In this document: positions 21,087 through 31,152 of the stretch, in pieces | Numbering within the stretch: position 1 is the first letter of the stretch | Layout of the letters: the number at the start of each line of letters is the position of its first letter | Assembly: GCA_963703315.1 (NCBI GenBank) | Contig: OY969811.1 | Location: forward strand, 1,888,001-1,952,000 | Source of the DNA: an uncultured cyanobacterium | Lineage (GTDB): Bacteria; Cyanobacteriota; Cyanobacteriia; Pseudanabaenales; Pseudanabaenaceae | Direction: 5' to 3' | DNA: 64,000 nt | Notes under the pieces: model-generated | Seen by the model: only the letters and a program-made list of their open reading frames with translations | Told to the model about the DNA's origin: nothing | The model's database searches: none | Translations under genes and position numbers: made by a program

Positions 21087-21443
21087 TTAACTCGACGCTC
21101 TAGCAAAGCGTACCTGTTGCTCTGTAACTACCACGAAATTATTTGGTAACTGCTCAATATAAGCATCTAATAATCGCTGTAAAGCATTGATCTTGTTAGC
21201 ATTGCGCTCATCATCCAGTCTCAGCAAAACAACACCCCGATGTAGTTTTCTCTCCCAATAAACTTTCTCACCAAAATCCTTATCGCAAGTGATTAAAATC
21301 CAACTTTCATCAATAGCTTTTTGAAGAATAGTGTCATCATCAGTACCCCTCGCCTCTTCATAAACTGAGAAAACCTCATGATTCCGCTCTCTTAACCAAC
21401 GCGCTACCACAACACCAGTATTTTCATCAACTAAAAATCTCAC
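21087..21443 (-). CDS. DUF5615 PIN-like toxin
   Basis: FLVDEN, DD.IL, LIT.DKDFGE, HRGVVLLRL. Confidence 0.88.
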   Translation of the reverse strand: MRFLVDENTGVVVARWLRERNHEVFSVYEEARGTDDDTILQKAIDESWILITCDKDFGEKVYWERKLHRGVVLLRLDDERNANKINALQRLLDAYIEQLPNNFVVVTEQQVRFARASS

Positions 21444-21689
21444 CTAAGCAATCTCCGCTAGAGGCATAAAACTAGCGCTCTCCAAGGTGCGAGAGGCAAA
21501 TAGTAAACAAGCTCTTATATCTGCTTCAACTAGTCCCTCATATTCTTCTAAAATCTCGCCAACAGTTGCACCATGAGCAAGCAAATTTAAAATATACTCA
21601 ACAGTTAATCTTGTCCCTTTGATAACTGGCTTTCCAGTCATAACACTAGGACTTGTAGAGATACGAGACAGCAAATTCTTTTCTTTCAT
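21444..21689 (-). CDS. DUF433 antitoxin
   Basis: VMTGKPVIKGTRLTV...EILEEY..L...DIRACL. Confidence 0.9.
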   Translation of the reverse strand: MKEKNLLSRISTSPSVMTGKPVIKGTRLTVEYILNLLAHGATVGEILEEYEGLVEADIRACLLFASRTLESASFMPLAEIA

Positions 21690-21979
21690 GTTCTTTAAAC
21701 ATTTAGTTTAAATAATCATAATTATTCTAACAGTAGCCTAATATTAATCGCCGTCCGACTAGTTTACAAACTTAAATATCCATAAAAAGCAAGGCTTACC
21801 CCTCATTGATGCAAGATGCTAGCATGACAATAATTCAGCCTTAGCAAGGCTGATGCTCATGACAGTACAAATTTCTGAATCCCTTACTGTCAGTGAATCA
21901 GATTCTAACGTGTGATCCCCATATCTCAAAGCGATTGGTAAGCAAGGAAAAATATTTGCTTCATCTTTTTGATTCTTTC

Positions 21980-22020
21980 ACAAACCAATTAGCATCATGC
22001 GCTACATATTAAAAGATCGC
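21980..22020 (+). repeat. Direct repeat B, copy 2
   Basis: 29 bp identical to 17430-17458; GATCGC at the same offset. Confidence 0.9.
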
Positions 22021-22029
22021 TGCTACTAG

Positions 22030-22287
22030 CTACTGGTAAACATCTCTACGGTGACCAATTTTAAGCACCAAAACCAGTAGTTGACTATCCTGAATAGAGT
22101 AGATGATGCGATAGTTCCCAACCCGAATGCGCTAGAGGCTATCTTCGCCTATCAGCTTGACCACACCATCAGGACGTGGAACATCAGCTAAAGCATCGAT
22201 CTTTATTTTTATCCTTTGCTGCTCTTCAGTGGACAGAGATTTTAGCTGTTTGGCAGCTTGCTTCACAAACTCAATGCGATACGTCAT
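22030..22287 (-). pseudogene. RelE/ParE-family toxin with an internal TAG
   Basis: MTYRIEFVKQAAKQL...EDSL*RIRVGNYRIIY...IGHRRDVYQ; stop at 22132-22134; ATGA overlap with the antitoxin. Confidence 0.85.
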
Positions 22288-22556
22288 AGCCCAATTTCAG
22301 CCTTTAGACTTTCCCAAGAGATAGTACCTTCAGAATCAATAGATGCTAGAGCCGCTTTAGCATCTGCGATATCCTCAAGATCCTCATCAGCTTCATAGCT
22401 AACAGCATCTATATTCAAATCATCTTGAGAATGTTTTGCCCTCACAAACAAAAGAAAATCCAACACTTCGCTTAGCACATAATCTGAAGTTTGTTCGATT
22501 TCTTGGATTAGCGATCGCCTAACATCGCTTTGAGTAGAAGTTTCTGTGGTTAACAT
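22284..22556 (-). CDS. Type II antitoxin (DUF2281-like N-terminus)
   Basis: L.QEIEQ..D..L.EVLDFLLF, EDLEDIADAKAAL, ISWESLKAEIGL; coupled to relE. Confidence 0.75.
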   Translation of the reverse strand: MLTTETSTQSDVRRSLIQEIEQTSDYVLSEVLDFLLFVRAKHSQDDLNIDAVSYEADEDLEDIADAKAALASIDSEGTISWESLKAEIGL

Positions 22557-22616
22557 GGCTGCACATCTCTGATATATCTAACCATTTACATCTTAACACC
22601 TCTCAAAAGCGCATAA

Positions 22617-23111
22617 CTACTTGCCTTTGATTACCTTCTCCAATCTATGAGCCTTACCTTTTGCATCCCTTAATAGCTCACTCCAATTATCTGGAGGATT
22701 ACCACTTGCAAGCATCTTTTGGAAAACTCGATATGCGTCTGTGCTGCTTTCATAGGCGCGTTTGGTATTTTCATCATTCACCCAGACAAAGACAATAATT
22801 TTACTCTCTAAGTGATATCTAAAAACCAATCGATATTGCTGAAAAAACTTTGCTCTGAACCAGTGTTTATAAGCATCTCCAAGAGTAGAACCCTGTCGAT
22901 ATTCACTGCGAGTAGGATCTTGGGGAATTACTTCAAAGGCTAATTTAGCGATCGCCGCTAAACGTTTGGCAGCATTTTTCTTTTGATAATCCTGCGGATA
23001 CTTCTGACGTAAAGTTTCAACTTGGGTTAGCAGATCTTCTAATTGATCGAGAAAGAGCGAATGGGCAAATATGTTCCATCCATTGATTACTAACGGCTCA
23101 GTGACGGACAA
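22617..23111 (-). CDS. yhaV: YhaV-family toxin
   Basis: YRQG.TLG..YKHWFRAKFFQQYRL.FRY, WVNDE.TKRAY. Confidence 0.92.
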   Translation of the reverse strand: MSVTEPLVINGWNIFAHSLFLDQLEDLLTQVETLRQKYPQDYQKKNAAKRLAAIAKLAFEVIPQDPTRSEYRQGSTLGDAYKHWFRAKFFQQYRLVFRYHLESKIIVFVWVNDENTKRAYESSTDAYRVFQKMLASGNPPDNWSELLRDAKGKAHRLEKVIKGK

Positions 23112-23113
23112 AA

Positions 23114-23440
23114 TTATTCATCCTCATCAGCAAGTGGTGCATCAAGATCAATCACAACTTCCGAAACTAGGGAATGCACTCGACTTAACAAATCAGAGCT
23201 AATTGCTTGTATATTTTGGGGATTTTCAGCAATGTCTTGGGCAAGAAAATTGAGGAATTTGGCAATTATCGGGTCATTCTGCTCAACCCGCGAAATTAAC
23301 ACACTGCCGTCAGGTTGGATTGTGTAGCAAATTTTATCGCGTTTACTCAAGCCAAGTGCTTTGCGAATTGGTTCGGGAACTGTGGTTTGATAGCGATCAG
23401 TTAAAGTTGATTCTGCGTAGGGAGCTAAGATTGTGAACAT
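23114..23440 (-). CDS. prlF: PrlF/SohA-family antitoxin
   Basis: ESTLTDRYQTTVP..IRKAL.L.K.DKI.Y, FL.FLA.DI, DLDAPL. Confidence 0.92.
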   Translation of the reverse strand: MFTILAPYAESTLTDRYQTTVPEPIRKALGLSKRDKICYTIQPDGSVLISRVEQNDPIIAKFLNFLAQDIAENPQNIQAISSDLLSRVHSLVSEVVIDLDAPLADEDE

Positions 23441-23601
23441 AGCGACCTCGAAAAATTAAGTATACTTGTAGCAAAAAAGACTACAGTTTGTATCATTAAA
23501 GTAATGCAAATGCATTGTCTCTGTCAAGCCTAAGCTTAATAACCGCAAATTCTATATCTACAAGATTTTTCCCTATCAAAAGCCAACTAGGAGACTATGG
23601 G

Positions 23602-24033
23602 ATGACAGTATCAACTGAAAACCGACAAAAAGCAATTCAGCTAGTTGAGCAACTTCCCGAAGAATCTCTAACTGAAGTGATTGATTTGCTTAACAATTTA
23701 CATCAACGGACTAGTCAAGCTAATCCCTTGCCATCAGATAATTCTGAAGAGAAATTATTACAAGTCATTCATCGAAAAATCTCGCGGGAAGATCAAGATA
23801 GGCTCGATTACTTACGTCAACTCAATGAGGGCGGTGACGATATGACAGCAGCAGAATATCAAGAACTGTTAGATTTTGTGTCTCGTATTGAAAAGGATGA
23901 TGCAGAAAGAGTATCAGCAATTTTTCAATTAGCCCAAATCCGTAAAGTCGATCCACTGAGCTTAATTACCCAGTTTGCGCCACAAAAACGAGGCGATCGT
24001 GCCATCTTTAAGACGTTTACTAATTTTGGCTAA
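23602..24033 (+). CDS. Orphan antitoxin-like protein
   Basis: AGGAG RBS; QLPEESL.EV.D, EEKLL..I, EYQELL, ER..A...LAQIR; no partner gene follows. Confidence 0.55.
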   Translation: MTVSTENRQKAIQLVEQLPEESLTEVIDLLNNLHQRTSQANPLPSDNSEEKLLQVIHRKISREDQDRLDYLRQLNEGGDDMTAAEYQELLDFVSRIEKDDAERVSAIFQLAQIRKVDPLSLITQFAPQKRGDRAIFKTFTNFG

Positions 24034-24071
24034 CCTTCATCCACCAATTTTGTAATTTTTCGATAGGTAGA

Positions 24072-24106
24072 CAATTAGCATCATGCGCTACACATTGCAC
24101 GATCGC
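24072..24106 (+). repeat. Direct repeat B, copy 3, overlapping a plausible carB promoter
   Basis: CAATTAGCATCATGCGCTACA-N8-GATCGC; TTGCAC(24095)-N16-TAAAAT(24117). Confidence 0.8.
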
Positions 24107-24155
24107 CATGACGCTATAAAATGTAGTGCGAGTTACCTACGAAATACAAGATAAT

Positions 24156-27100
24156 ATGCCCCGCCGTAACGACATCCAAAAGATTTTGCTGATTGGCGCT
24201 GGTCCGATCGTGATCGGTCAAGCCTGTGAATTTGACTACTCAGGAACCCAAGCCTGTAAAGTTTTACGGGACGAGGGCTACTATGTGATCCTAGTTAACT
24301 CCAATCCTGCGACGATCATGACTGATCCCGCTACTGCCGATCGCACTTATATTGAGCCGATTACGCCCGAAGTGGTTGCCCAGATTATCGAGAAAGAGCG
24401 TCCTGATGCGATCCTGCCGACGATGGGCGGACAAACAGCACTGAATACGGCGGTGTCCCTCGCAAAAATGGGTGTATTGGAGAAATATGGCGTGGAGCTA
24501 ATCGGCGCAAAACTGGAAGCGATCGAGATGGCGGAGGATCGCAAGCTATTCAAAGAGGCGATGGAACGGATCGGCGTTGCCATGTGTCCATCAGGCTTGG
24601 GGACAACGATGGAAGAGTCCCGTGCGATCGCCCATGAAATTGGTACTTATCCCCTAATTATTCGTCCAGCCTTTACGATGGGCGGCACTGGTGGCGGCAT
24701 CGCCTACAACCAAGAGGAATTTGAAGAAATTTGTGCCTCTGGTCTGGAGGCTAGTCCTGTATCGCAAATCCTGATCGAGCGATCGCTGATTGGCTGGAAG
24801 GAGTACGAGCTAGAGGTGATGCGCGACTTAGCCGATAACGTGGTGATTATTTGCAGCATCGAAAATATTGATCCGATGGGTATCCATACGGGGGACTCGA
24901 TTACGGTGGCTCCTGCTCAAACCCTCACGGACAAAGAATATCAGCGCTTGCGTGATTATTCGATCAAGATTATTCGTGAAATCGGCGTAGAGACAGGCGG
25001 CTCAAATATCCAGTTCTCGATTAATCCCGAAAATGGCGAAGTGGTCGTCATTGAAATGAATCCCCGTGTATCGCGTAGTTCGGCTTTAGCATCGAAAGCC
25101 ACAGGCTTCCCGATCGCTAAGTTTGCCGCGAAACTTGCTGTGGGCTATACCCTTGATGAAATTTCCAACGACATCACCAAGAAAACTCCTGCCAGTTTTG
25201 AGCCGACTATTGATTATGTGGTAACGAAAATCCCTCGCTTTGCCTTCGAGAAATTTCCGGGATCTGAGCCAGTTCTCACCACGCAGATGAAATCGGTCGG
25301 TGAAGCAATGGCGATCGGGCGGACTTTTCAAGAGTCATTCCAAAAGGCATTGCGATCGCTTGAAGTTGGTCGCTTTGGCTTTGGTGGCGATCGCGAAGAA
25401 ACCTTACCCGATCTCGATAAAATCAAATACAGTTTGCGCGTACCGAACCCTGATCGCGTTTTCTCGATTCGTGATGGATTTTTGTCAGGTTTGTCAGTGC
25501 AAGCCATTTTTGAATTAACCAATATTGATCCTTGGTTCTTACAAAAAATGCGTGAAATTACAGATGTAGAACTTTCGCTCAAAGGTCGCAAGCTTGATAG
25601 CGTTCTCAAGGAAGAGATGCTCGAAACAAAACGTATGGGCTTTAGCGATCGCCAGATTGCTTACCTCACAGGCACAAATGAAGATGCTGTGCGTACCTAT
25701 CGCAAATCCCTTGGTATCATTCCCTCCTACAAAACCGTTGATACCTGCGCGGCTGAGTTTGAAGCGCTCACTCCCTATCACTATTCCACCTACGAAGAAG
25801 AATCAGAGATTTTACCTTCCACTAAGCGCAAGGTGATGATTCTTGGTGGTGGACCAAACCGCATTGGGCAGGGGATTGAATTTGACTATTGTTGTTGTCA
25901 TGCCAGCTATGCTTTACGGGCGGCTGGTTTTGAGACGATCATGGTTAACTCCAATCCTGAAACCGTTTCTACTGATTACGACACTAGCGATCGCCTCTAT
26001 TTCGAGCCATTGACTCGCGAAGATGTCTTGAACATCATCGAAGCGGAACAGCCTGAAGGTGTGATTATTCAATTTGGTGGACAGACTCCCCTCAAACTTT
26101 CTGTGCCTTTATTGCGATATCTCGAAGAGAATAACTCCACTACCAAAATTTGGGGAACTTCACCCGATTCCATTGATATTGCTGAAGATCGTGAACGCTT
26201 TGAAGCAATCTGTCAACAATTGGGAATCTTGCAGCCAAACAACGGCTTAGCGCGTTCTGAAGAAGAGGCAGTGGTAATCGCCCAACGGGTAGGCTATCCT
26301 GTGGTCGTGCGTCCTAGCTACGTTCTCGGTGGTCGTGGCATGGAAGTCGTTTATTCCGATGCTGAACTCGAAGATTATATGCGTCGGGCGATCATCATTG
26401 AGCCAGAACATCCTGTATTAATCGATCATTTCCTCGAAGGCGCGATCGAAGTTGATGTGGATGCGATCGCCGATCAACAGGGCAATGTTACCATTGGCGG
26501 CATTATGGAACATATCGAAGAAGCAGGTATTCACTCAGGCGATTCCGCTTGTTCGATTCCCACTTTCTCTTTACCCGCCGAAGTTCTCACGACGATTCGC
26601 ACATGGACAATTAGCCTTGCCAAAGCGCTAAATGTAATTGGTTTGATGAATATTCAGTACGCCGTCCAGTTGAATAACAATAATCCCAAAGAGAGCAAAG
26701 TCTTCATCCTTGAAGCCAATCCCCGCGCATCACGTACTGTACCTTATGTCAGCAAAGCAATTAACGTTCCCCTCGTTAACTATGCCTCACGCATCATGTC
26801 AGGTGCTACCCTTGCCGAACTTGGTTTAACAGAAGAGGTAATTCCCAAACATATCTCAATTAAGGAAGCTGTACTTCCCTTTGCGAAGTTTGCAGGAACC
26901 GATACGATTTTGGGACCTGAGATGCGATCAACTGGCGAAGTTATGGGCATTGATACTGAATTCGGTCGTGCCTTTGCTAAGGCTCAAATTGCCGCAGGAA
27001 CTCATCTTCCATTAGAAGGAACTGTATTTGTCTCGGTCAACGATCGCGATAAGAGCGGCATTTCCACCATAGCCGAAGCCTTTATTGAACTTGGCTTTAA

Positions 27101-27407
27101 GGTTGTGGCAACGGAAGGAACTCACAAGATCCTGCGCCGTAACAGCATTGACTCGAAGCAAGTTCTCAAGGTTCATGAAGGTCGTCCGAATATTAGTGAC
27201 GTGATGAAAAATGGTCAAATTCAATTGATCATTAATTCTCCTAGTGGCGAAGAAGCCAAGGTTGATGGCAAGATGATTCGCCGCACGGCACTGGCTTATA
27301 AGATCCCTGTAATTACCACCCTCGCTGGTGCTAAGGCAGCGATCGCCGCCATTCGTTCTTTACAAACTGACTCAATTTCTGTCACAGCACTGCAAGATTA
27401 CGCTTAG
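24156..27407 (+). CDS. carB: Carbamoyl-phosphate synthase large subunit
   Basis: MPRRND.., [17 protein letters not shown], duplicated ATP-grasp, MGS domain. Confidence 0.98.
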   Translation: MPRRNDIQKILLIGAGPIVIGQACEFDYSGTQACKVLRDEGYYVILVNSNPATIMTDPATADRTYIEPITPEVVAQIIEKERPDAILPTMGGQTALNTAVSLAKMGVLEKYGVELIGAKLEAIEMAEDRKLFKEAMERIGVAMCPSGLGTTMEESRAIAHEIGTYPLIIRPAFTMGGTGGGIAYNQEEFEEICASGLEASPVSQILIERSLIGWKEYELEVMRDLADNVVIICSIENIDPMGIHTGDSITVAPAQTLTDKEYQRLRDYSIKIIREIGVETGGSNIQFSINPENGEVVVIEMNPRVSRSSALASKATGFPIAKFAAKLAVGYTLDEISNDITKKTPASFEPTIDYVVTKIPRFAFEKFPGSEPVLTTQMKSVGEAMAIGRTFQESFQKALRSLEVGRFGFGGDREETLPDLDKIKYSLRVPNPDRVFSIRDGFLSGLSVQAIFELTNIDPWFLQKMREITDVELSLKGRKLDSVLKEEMLETKRMGFSDRQIAYLTGTNEDAVRTYRKSLGIIPSYKTVDTCAAEFEALTPYHYSTYEEESEILPSTKRKVMILGGGPNRIGQGIEFDYCCCHASYALRAAGFETIMVNSNPETVSTDYDTSDRLYFEPLTREDVLNIIEAEQPEGVIIQFGGQTPLKLSVPLLRYLEENNSTTKIWGTSPDSIDIAEDRERFEAICQQLGILQPNNGLARSEEEAVVIAQRVGYPVVVRPSYVLGGRGMEVVYSDAELEDYMRRAIIIEPEHPVLIDHFLEGAIEVDVDAIADQQGNVTIGGIMEHIEEAGIHSGDSACSIPTFSLPAEVLTTIRTWTISLAKALNVIGLMNIQYAVQLNNNNPKESKVFILEANPRASRTVPYVSKAINVPLVNYASRIMSGATLAELGLTEEVIPKHISIKEAVLPFAKFAGTDTILGPEMRSTGEVMGIDTEFGRAFAKAQIAAGTHLPLEGTVFVSVNDRDKSGISTIAEAFIELGFKVVATEGTHKILRRNSIDSKQVLKVHEGRPNISDVMKNGQIQLIINSPSGEEAKVDGKMIRRTALAYKIPVITTLAGAKAAIAAIRSLQTDSISVTALQDYA

Positions 27408-27449
27408 CATTCGCATAATTCATAAGATGGTCGGCGACCATCTTATGAA

Positions 27450-28634
27450 TTATGCGATACTACTCCGCTTGCGAGATTCTTTATAGGAAGTCGTCACATT
27501 GCGTAACCCCGACTTCACCATTTGCTGTTCTAAAATTGCAAAAAAGCGGCGGCGATCGCTGCCTGTGACGACTGCCTGATTATGTGCCTCCGCCAATGCC
27601 ACAGGATAGCCATAGCCTTTCTGTACCTGTGCCAAAATAATTTGTAAAGCCTGCGATCGCAGATTCACATCTAAAGCCGTCCATGCGGGCATCTCAATTC
27701 GCGCAATCTCTGTACCAACATGGAGATAGCAAAAATAAATCTGATGTTCACCATATTCTTGCAGAATCCGCGCCCGACTTTTCCAAAGAGGACTACATTC
27801 TCCTACCTTCAGTAAGCGATGCCATAATGTGCCATCTCGCAATGGTTGCAGTTGACTGCAAGGTGCGGAGTCTAGAGGTTTATCTGCACAATAGGTATGA
27901 CAATCTGGCTGCTCAAAAGGACAGAGTTGTAACCGCAAAAAATTAGTAGCTTCCGCAGCACGGGGCGCACTAATATATCCTGCGAGGGGAATTCTCTGTA
28001 CCTTCAATTCATCCCATGCCGCAAGAATATCTGGTAAAAGTTGCGATCGCGCCTCGGCAGGAATTTCATCTAATTCCCAATGTACTAAGCCGCCATCACT
28101 AAAGGCGAGCATGGGATGTGTTGAATTGGGAAGTGTTTCTATAGCTAAATTCGCTAATGTTACATTCTCCGCAACTGTGCGCTTAAGTGACATCCATTGT
28201 TCCGTCTGAATACCCCATTGACGTGCTTTATACAGATCTTCCGTTTTATAAAATACTTCGGGAACGTTATCGAGTAATGGATAAATCCCAGAATTGTAGT
28301 AAATCGCGACTCTGCCGATATTAATGAGATAGCAATAGGCAATTTCATGGCGACTAGGGGCAATTTGTGAACCATCCGTTGCTAGCACTATATGGGGAAG
28401 ACTCATGGGCGCGATCGCTTGAATTTGCGTTAAGGGTTCCGCAGGTTCCGCACAATTAAAAATTAAGTGATCATGGCATTGGGCAATTTGTTGCTGAAGA
28501 TTAGCTTGATTTACAATCGCTTGATGAAATAGTGTTTCTGCGCGATCGAGTTTGACTGTCAATTGCTGCGCCTCTCTTTGCAATTGTTCAGACATCCCTT
28601 GCATCTGTCCCATCAATTTCTGTAAGTCCAGCAT
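27450..28634 (-). CDS. NurA-domain nuclease
   Basis: ATDGSQI, ARIEMP.W, GYGYP..L.EAHNQAVV. Confidence 0.88.
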   Translation of the reverse strand: MLDLQKLMGQMQGMSEQLQREAQQLTVKLDRAETLFHQAIVNQANLQQQIAQCHDHLIFNCAEPAEPLTQIQAIAPMSLPHIVLATDGSQIAPSRHEIAYCYLINIGRVAIYYNSGIYPLLDNVPEVFYKTEDLYKARQWGIQTEQWMSLKRTVAENVTLANLAIETLPNSTHPMLAFSDGGLVHWELDEIPAEARSQLLPDILAAWDELKVQRIPLAGYISAPRAAEATNFLRLQLCPFEQPDCHTYCADKPLDSAPCSQLQPLRDGTLWHRLLKVGECSPLWKSRARILQEYGEHQIYFCYLHVGTEIARIEMPAWTALDVNLRSQALQIILAQVQKGYGYPVALAEAHNQAVVTGSDRRRFFAILEQQMVKSGLRNVTTSYKESRKRSSIA

Positions 28635-28747
28635 GGTCGTCCCTATACAGGCTGTTGAGGCTTATTTTTGAAAGTGCGGCTCTGCCGCACTTTCAAAAAT
28701 TTCTTTGGTTTTTAATCTAGCGCAAAGCGCTGTATATGTATATATGT

Positions 28748-28897
28748 TAGGACTTACGCAACAGCCCTGTAATAAATTACGGGCTAAAAGCTTAAACCCG
28801 TTGAAACGGGTTGATCATAGGAGTGTTTTAGTCTGCTTTAGCTGACTTTAGCTTTCAGCCAAGAACTTGAGTTCTTGGTTAGTTTGCGTAAGTCCTA
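28748..28897. mobile_element. 150-bp MITE
   Basis: Perfect TIR TAGGACTTACGCA/TGCGTAAGTCCTA (terminal TA could be the target duplication); internal hairpins. Confidence 0.75.
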
Positions 28898-29097
28898 TAT
28901 GTGTTTAGCTATAGCAAAAAAAACAAAAGAGAGTCGCGGCGCAACTCTCTTTGCGCCCAGCTACTTTATGTGCAGATATTTGCATGGCTTTTTCCAAGTT
29001 ATAGGCTGATCGCAAAATTGGCTATAGTGGCTATAGATATATACTGTGAGTTAAACCTTAGTTTTCACTCTCGTAAATAGCAGCCAACTTTTTCCCC

Positions 29098-30225
29098 ATG
29101 CTCTCTGCAAGCCCCGATCTGATATCTCTAGCCCGATCGCAAATTATTTTACTGACCCAAACTTTGGGTGCAGTCGCAAGCGCTATATATATCACCGAAA
29201 ATGTGGCGGATGGGATGCCCCCAAACCTAATCGAGGTAGCAGTTTTCCCTGAAGAAGGCGCGATCGCTTTGCCTGAGACTTTCTCTGCTGAGAGTTTGCC
29301 GATCCTGTCAATGGGGGGTGTGGGTTTGGTGAGACAGCGCCGCTTTGTCCTGCCTTTAATGTATGAAGAGTCAATTTTAGGCTTTTTGATGACAGGAAGG
29401 GACGATCGCGATTGGCTAGAGTATGAACAATCACAAATTCAACAAATTGCCAATACTTTAGCGATCGCCTGCGCTCTTGATCGCCGTAATCAATGGTTAG
29501 TTGCTAATCAACAACACAATTACGAACAACAAAGTAATTTCTTAGCTTCATTACTCCATCAATTGCGTAACCCTCTCACCGCGATTCGTACCTTTGCTCA
29601 GTTGCTATCAAAGCGGATTGTGGCTGAAGATCCTAATCAAAAATTTGTAACAGGTATTTTGCGCGAAACTCAGCATATTCAAGATCTCCTCACGGAAGCC
29701 GATCACCCTGCGCCACTTTTGCTCTCTCAAGCTGAAGGTGAAAAAGCACTTTTACCTGCGGCAATGGAACTAGTAGATGTTGATTTGACTAGCATTTTAG
29801 AAGCGACTATGAATTTTGCCAGTGCGATCGCTCAAGAGCGAAATATCCTATTTTTATCGAATATTCCATCCTATGTACCGAAGGTATTAGGCAATGAATC
29901 AGCGCTTAGAGAAGCGATCGGCAACTTAGTGGAGAATGCTCTCAAATATACATCTCCAAAGGGTTCAGTTTTACTAGGTGCAGATGTGAAGCCTGACACC
30001 GTTTATATTTATGTTCAAGATACAGGCGTGGGAATTCCTGAGGCTGATCTACCACGTTTGTTTGAGCGCAATTTTCGGGGACGGCAAGCTGGTGGTGATA
30101 TTTCTGGTACGGGACTGGGACTAGCGATCGCCAATGAATTAGTTCAAAAAATGGAAGGAAGTATTCACGTCATCAGTCAAGTTGGTAAGGGCAGCACATT
30201 TGCGGTTACGCTCAAGCGAGCATAG
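29098..30225 (+). CDS. GAF sensor histidine kinase (Hik2/CSK-like)
   Basis: LHQLRNPLTAIRTF, NLVENALKYT, DTGVGI, GTGLGLAI. Confidence 0.88.
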   Translation: MLSASPDLISLARSQIILLTQTLGAVASAIYITENVADGMPPNLIEVAVFPEEGAIALPETFSAESLPILSMGGVGLVRQRRFVLPLMYEESILGFLMTGRDDRDWLEYEQSQIQQIANTLAIACALDRRNQWLVANQQHNYEQQSNFLASLLHQLRNPLTAIRTFAQLLSKRIVAEDPNQKFVTGILRETQHIQDLLTEADHPAPLLLSQAEGEKALLPAAMELVDVDLTSILEATMNFASAIAQERNILFLSNIPSYVPKVLGNESALREAIGNLVENALKYTSPKGSVLLGADVKPDTVYIYVQDTGVGIPEADLPRLFERNFRGRQAGGDISGTGLGLAIANELVQKMEGSIHVISQVGKGSTFAVTLKRA

Positions 30226-30297
30226 ACAAATCAAAACCCCAAAGATGAGGGGCGGCGCGAAGCGCCGCCCCTCATCTTCTAGCGCAAAGCGCTGTAG

Positions 30298-30978
30298 TTA
30301 AAGTGCTAGTTCTAATAGAAAGCCAACGCGACTATCGTAAATGAGAGGCGATCGCCTCCATTCGATTTTTGTACCTAGGCGTAAATTATTGGTAATCGCG
30401 TAGCTAGAAGAAAGCGCCGTTGTACTCATCTCCAGATTGCCACTAGGAGAAGTAAAAGTATGGCTCAAACGTAAATCTGAACTATGGGGCGATAGTACTA
30501 AAATTCCTTGTAAGCCGACATCTAATCCTGAAATTTGGGGACGATCTAACTGGTTAAATTGACGATAGCCGACAATTGGCGAAATATTCCAGTAAGAACC
30601 TAAGGGAAACACATAGTAGCGAATATTTGCCTGAAGTTCACTTTCTCGACCACTAAACTCAGTCTGATAGCTACCACTCATTGTCAAAGGAGACTGCCCC
30701 ACAAATATATCTTCAAATCCCACCTCAGCACCTAACGCATGATCTCGTGACGTAATTCCAACTCTTAGCTTGGTATTAAAACTTGGGATATTATGAATAT
30801 CGTCTAAAAGGTTAGGAGGATTGTCGAGCCAACGTCTCAGCACTGGACTACTCTCAATCACCTGTCGATCAATTTCTAGATCATTAGCTCGTCGTGATAG
30901 TTTGGTGTCACCATAGGCTGCGGTGCTAATACTGAAATAGGAAATTGCAGCTATAGCGATCGCCCAATTTTTTGTCAT
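30298..30978 (-). CDS. Conserved exported cyanobacterial protein
   Basis: Signal-peptide-like start, SPVL.RW...P.LL.DI, RYY..PLGSY.N. Confidence 0.65.
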   Translation of the reverse strand: MTKNWAIAIAAISYFSISTAAYGDTKLSRRANDLEIDRQVIESSPVLRRWLDNPPNLLDDIHNIPSFNTKLRVGITSRDHALGAEVGFEDIFVGQSPLTMSGSYQTEFSGRESELQANIRYYVFPLGSYWNISPIVGYRQFNQLDRPQISGLDVGLQGILVLSPHSSDLRLSHTFTSPSGNLEMSTTALSSSYAITNNLRLGTKIEWRRSPLIYDSRVGFLLELAL

Positions 30979-31152
30979 AGTTTTTAAGATGTTGTTTGAG
31001 ATGTGATTTGAGGCTAACGGTAGGAGATATAGATAATTATGCACAGATTTTCTCATCAGTTACGGTGGATTGCGATCGCCATAATGCCGAAAACAAAAAA
31101 ACAGAGGCGATGCAAAGCATCGCCTCTGTTTTTTTTCTGGATAAGCAATAGC

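Noticed and set aside
21859..21915. 18-codon ORF MTVQISESLTVSESDSNV as a Uma2-like remnant
   Set aside because: Too short to support
17430..24106. B repeats as a CRISPR array
   Set aside because: Spacing is kilobases with genes in between; no cas genes in the window
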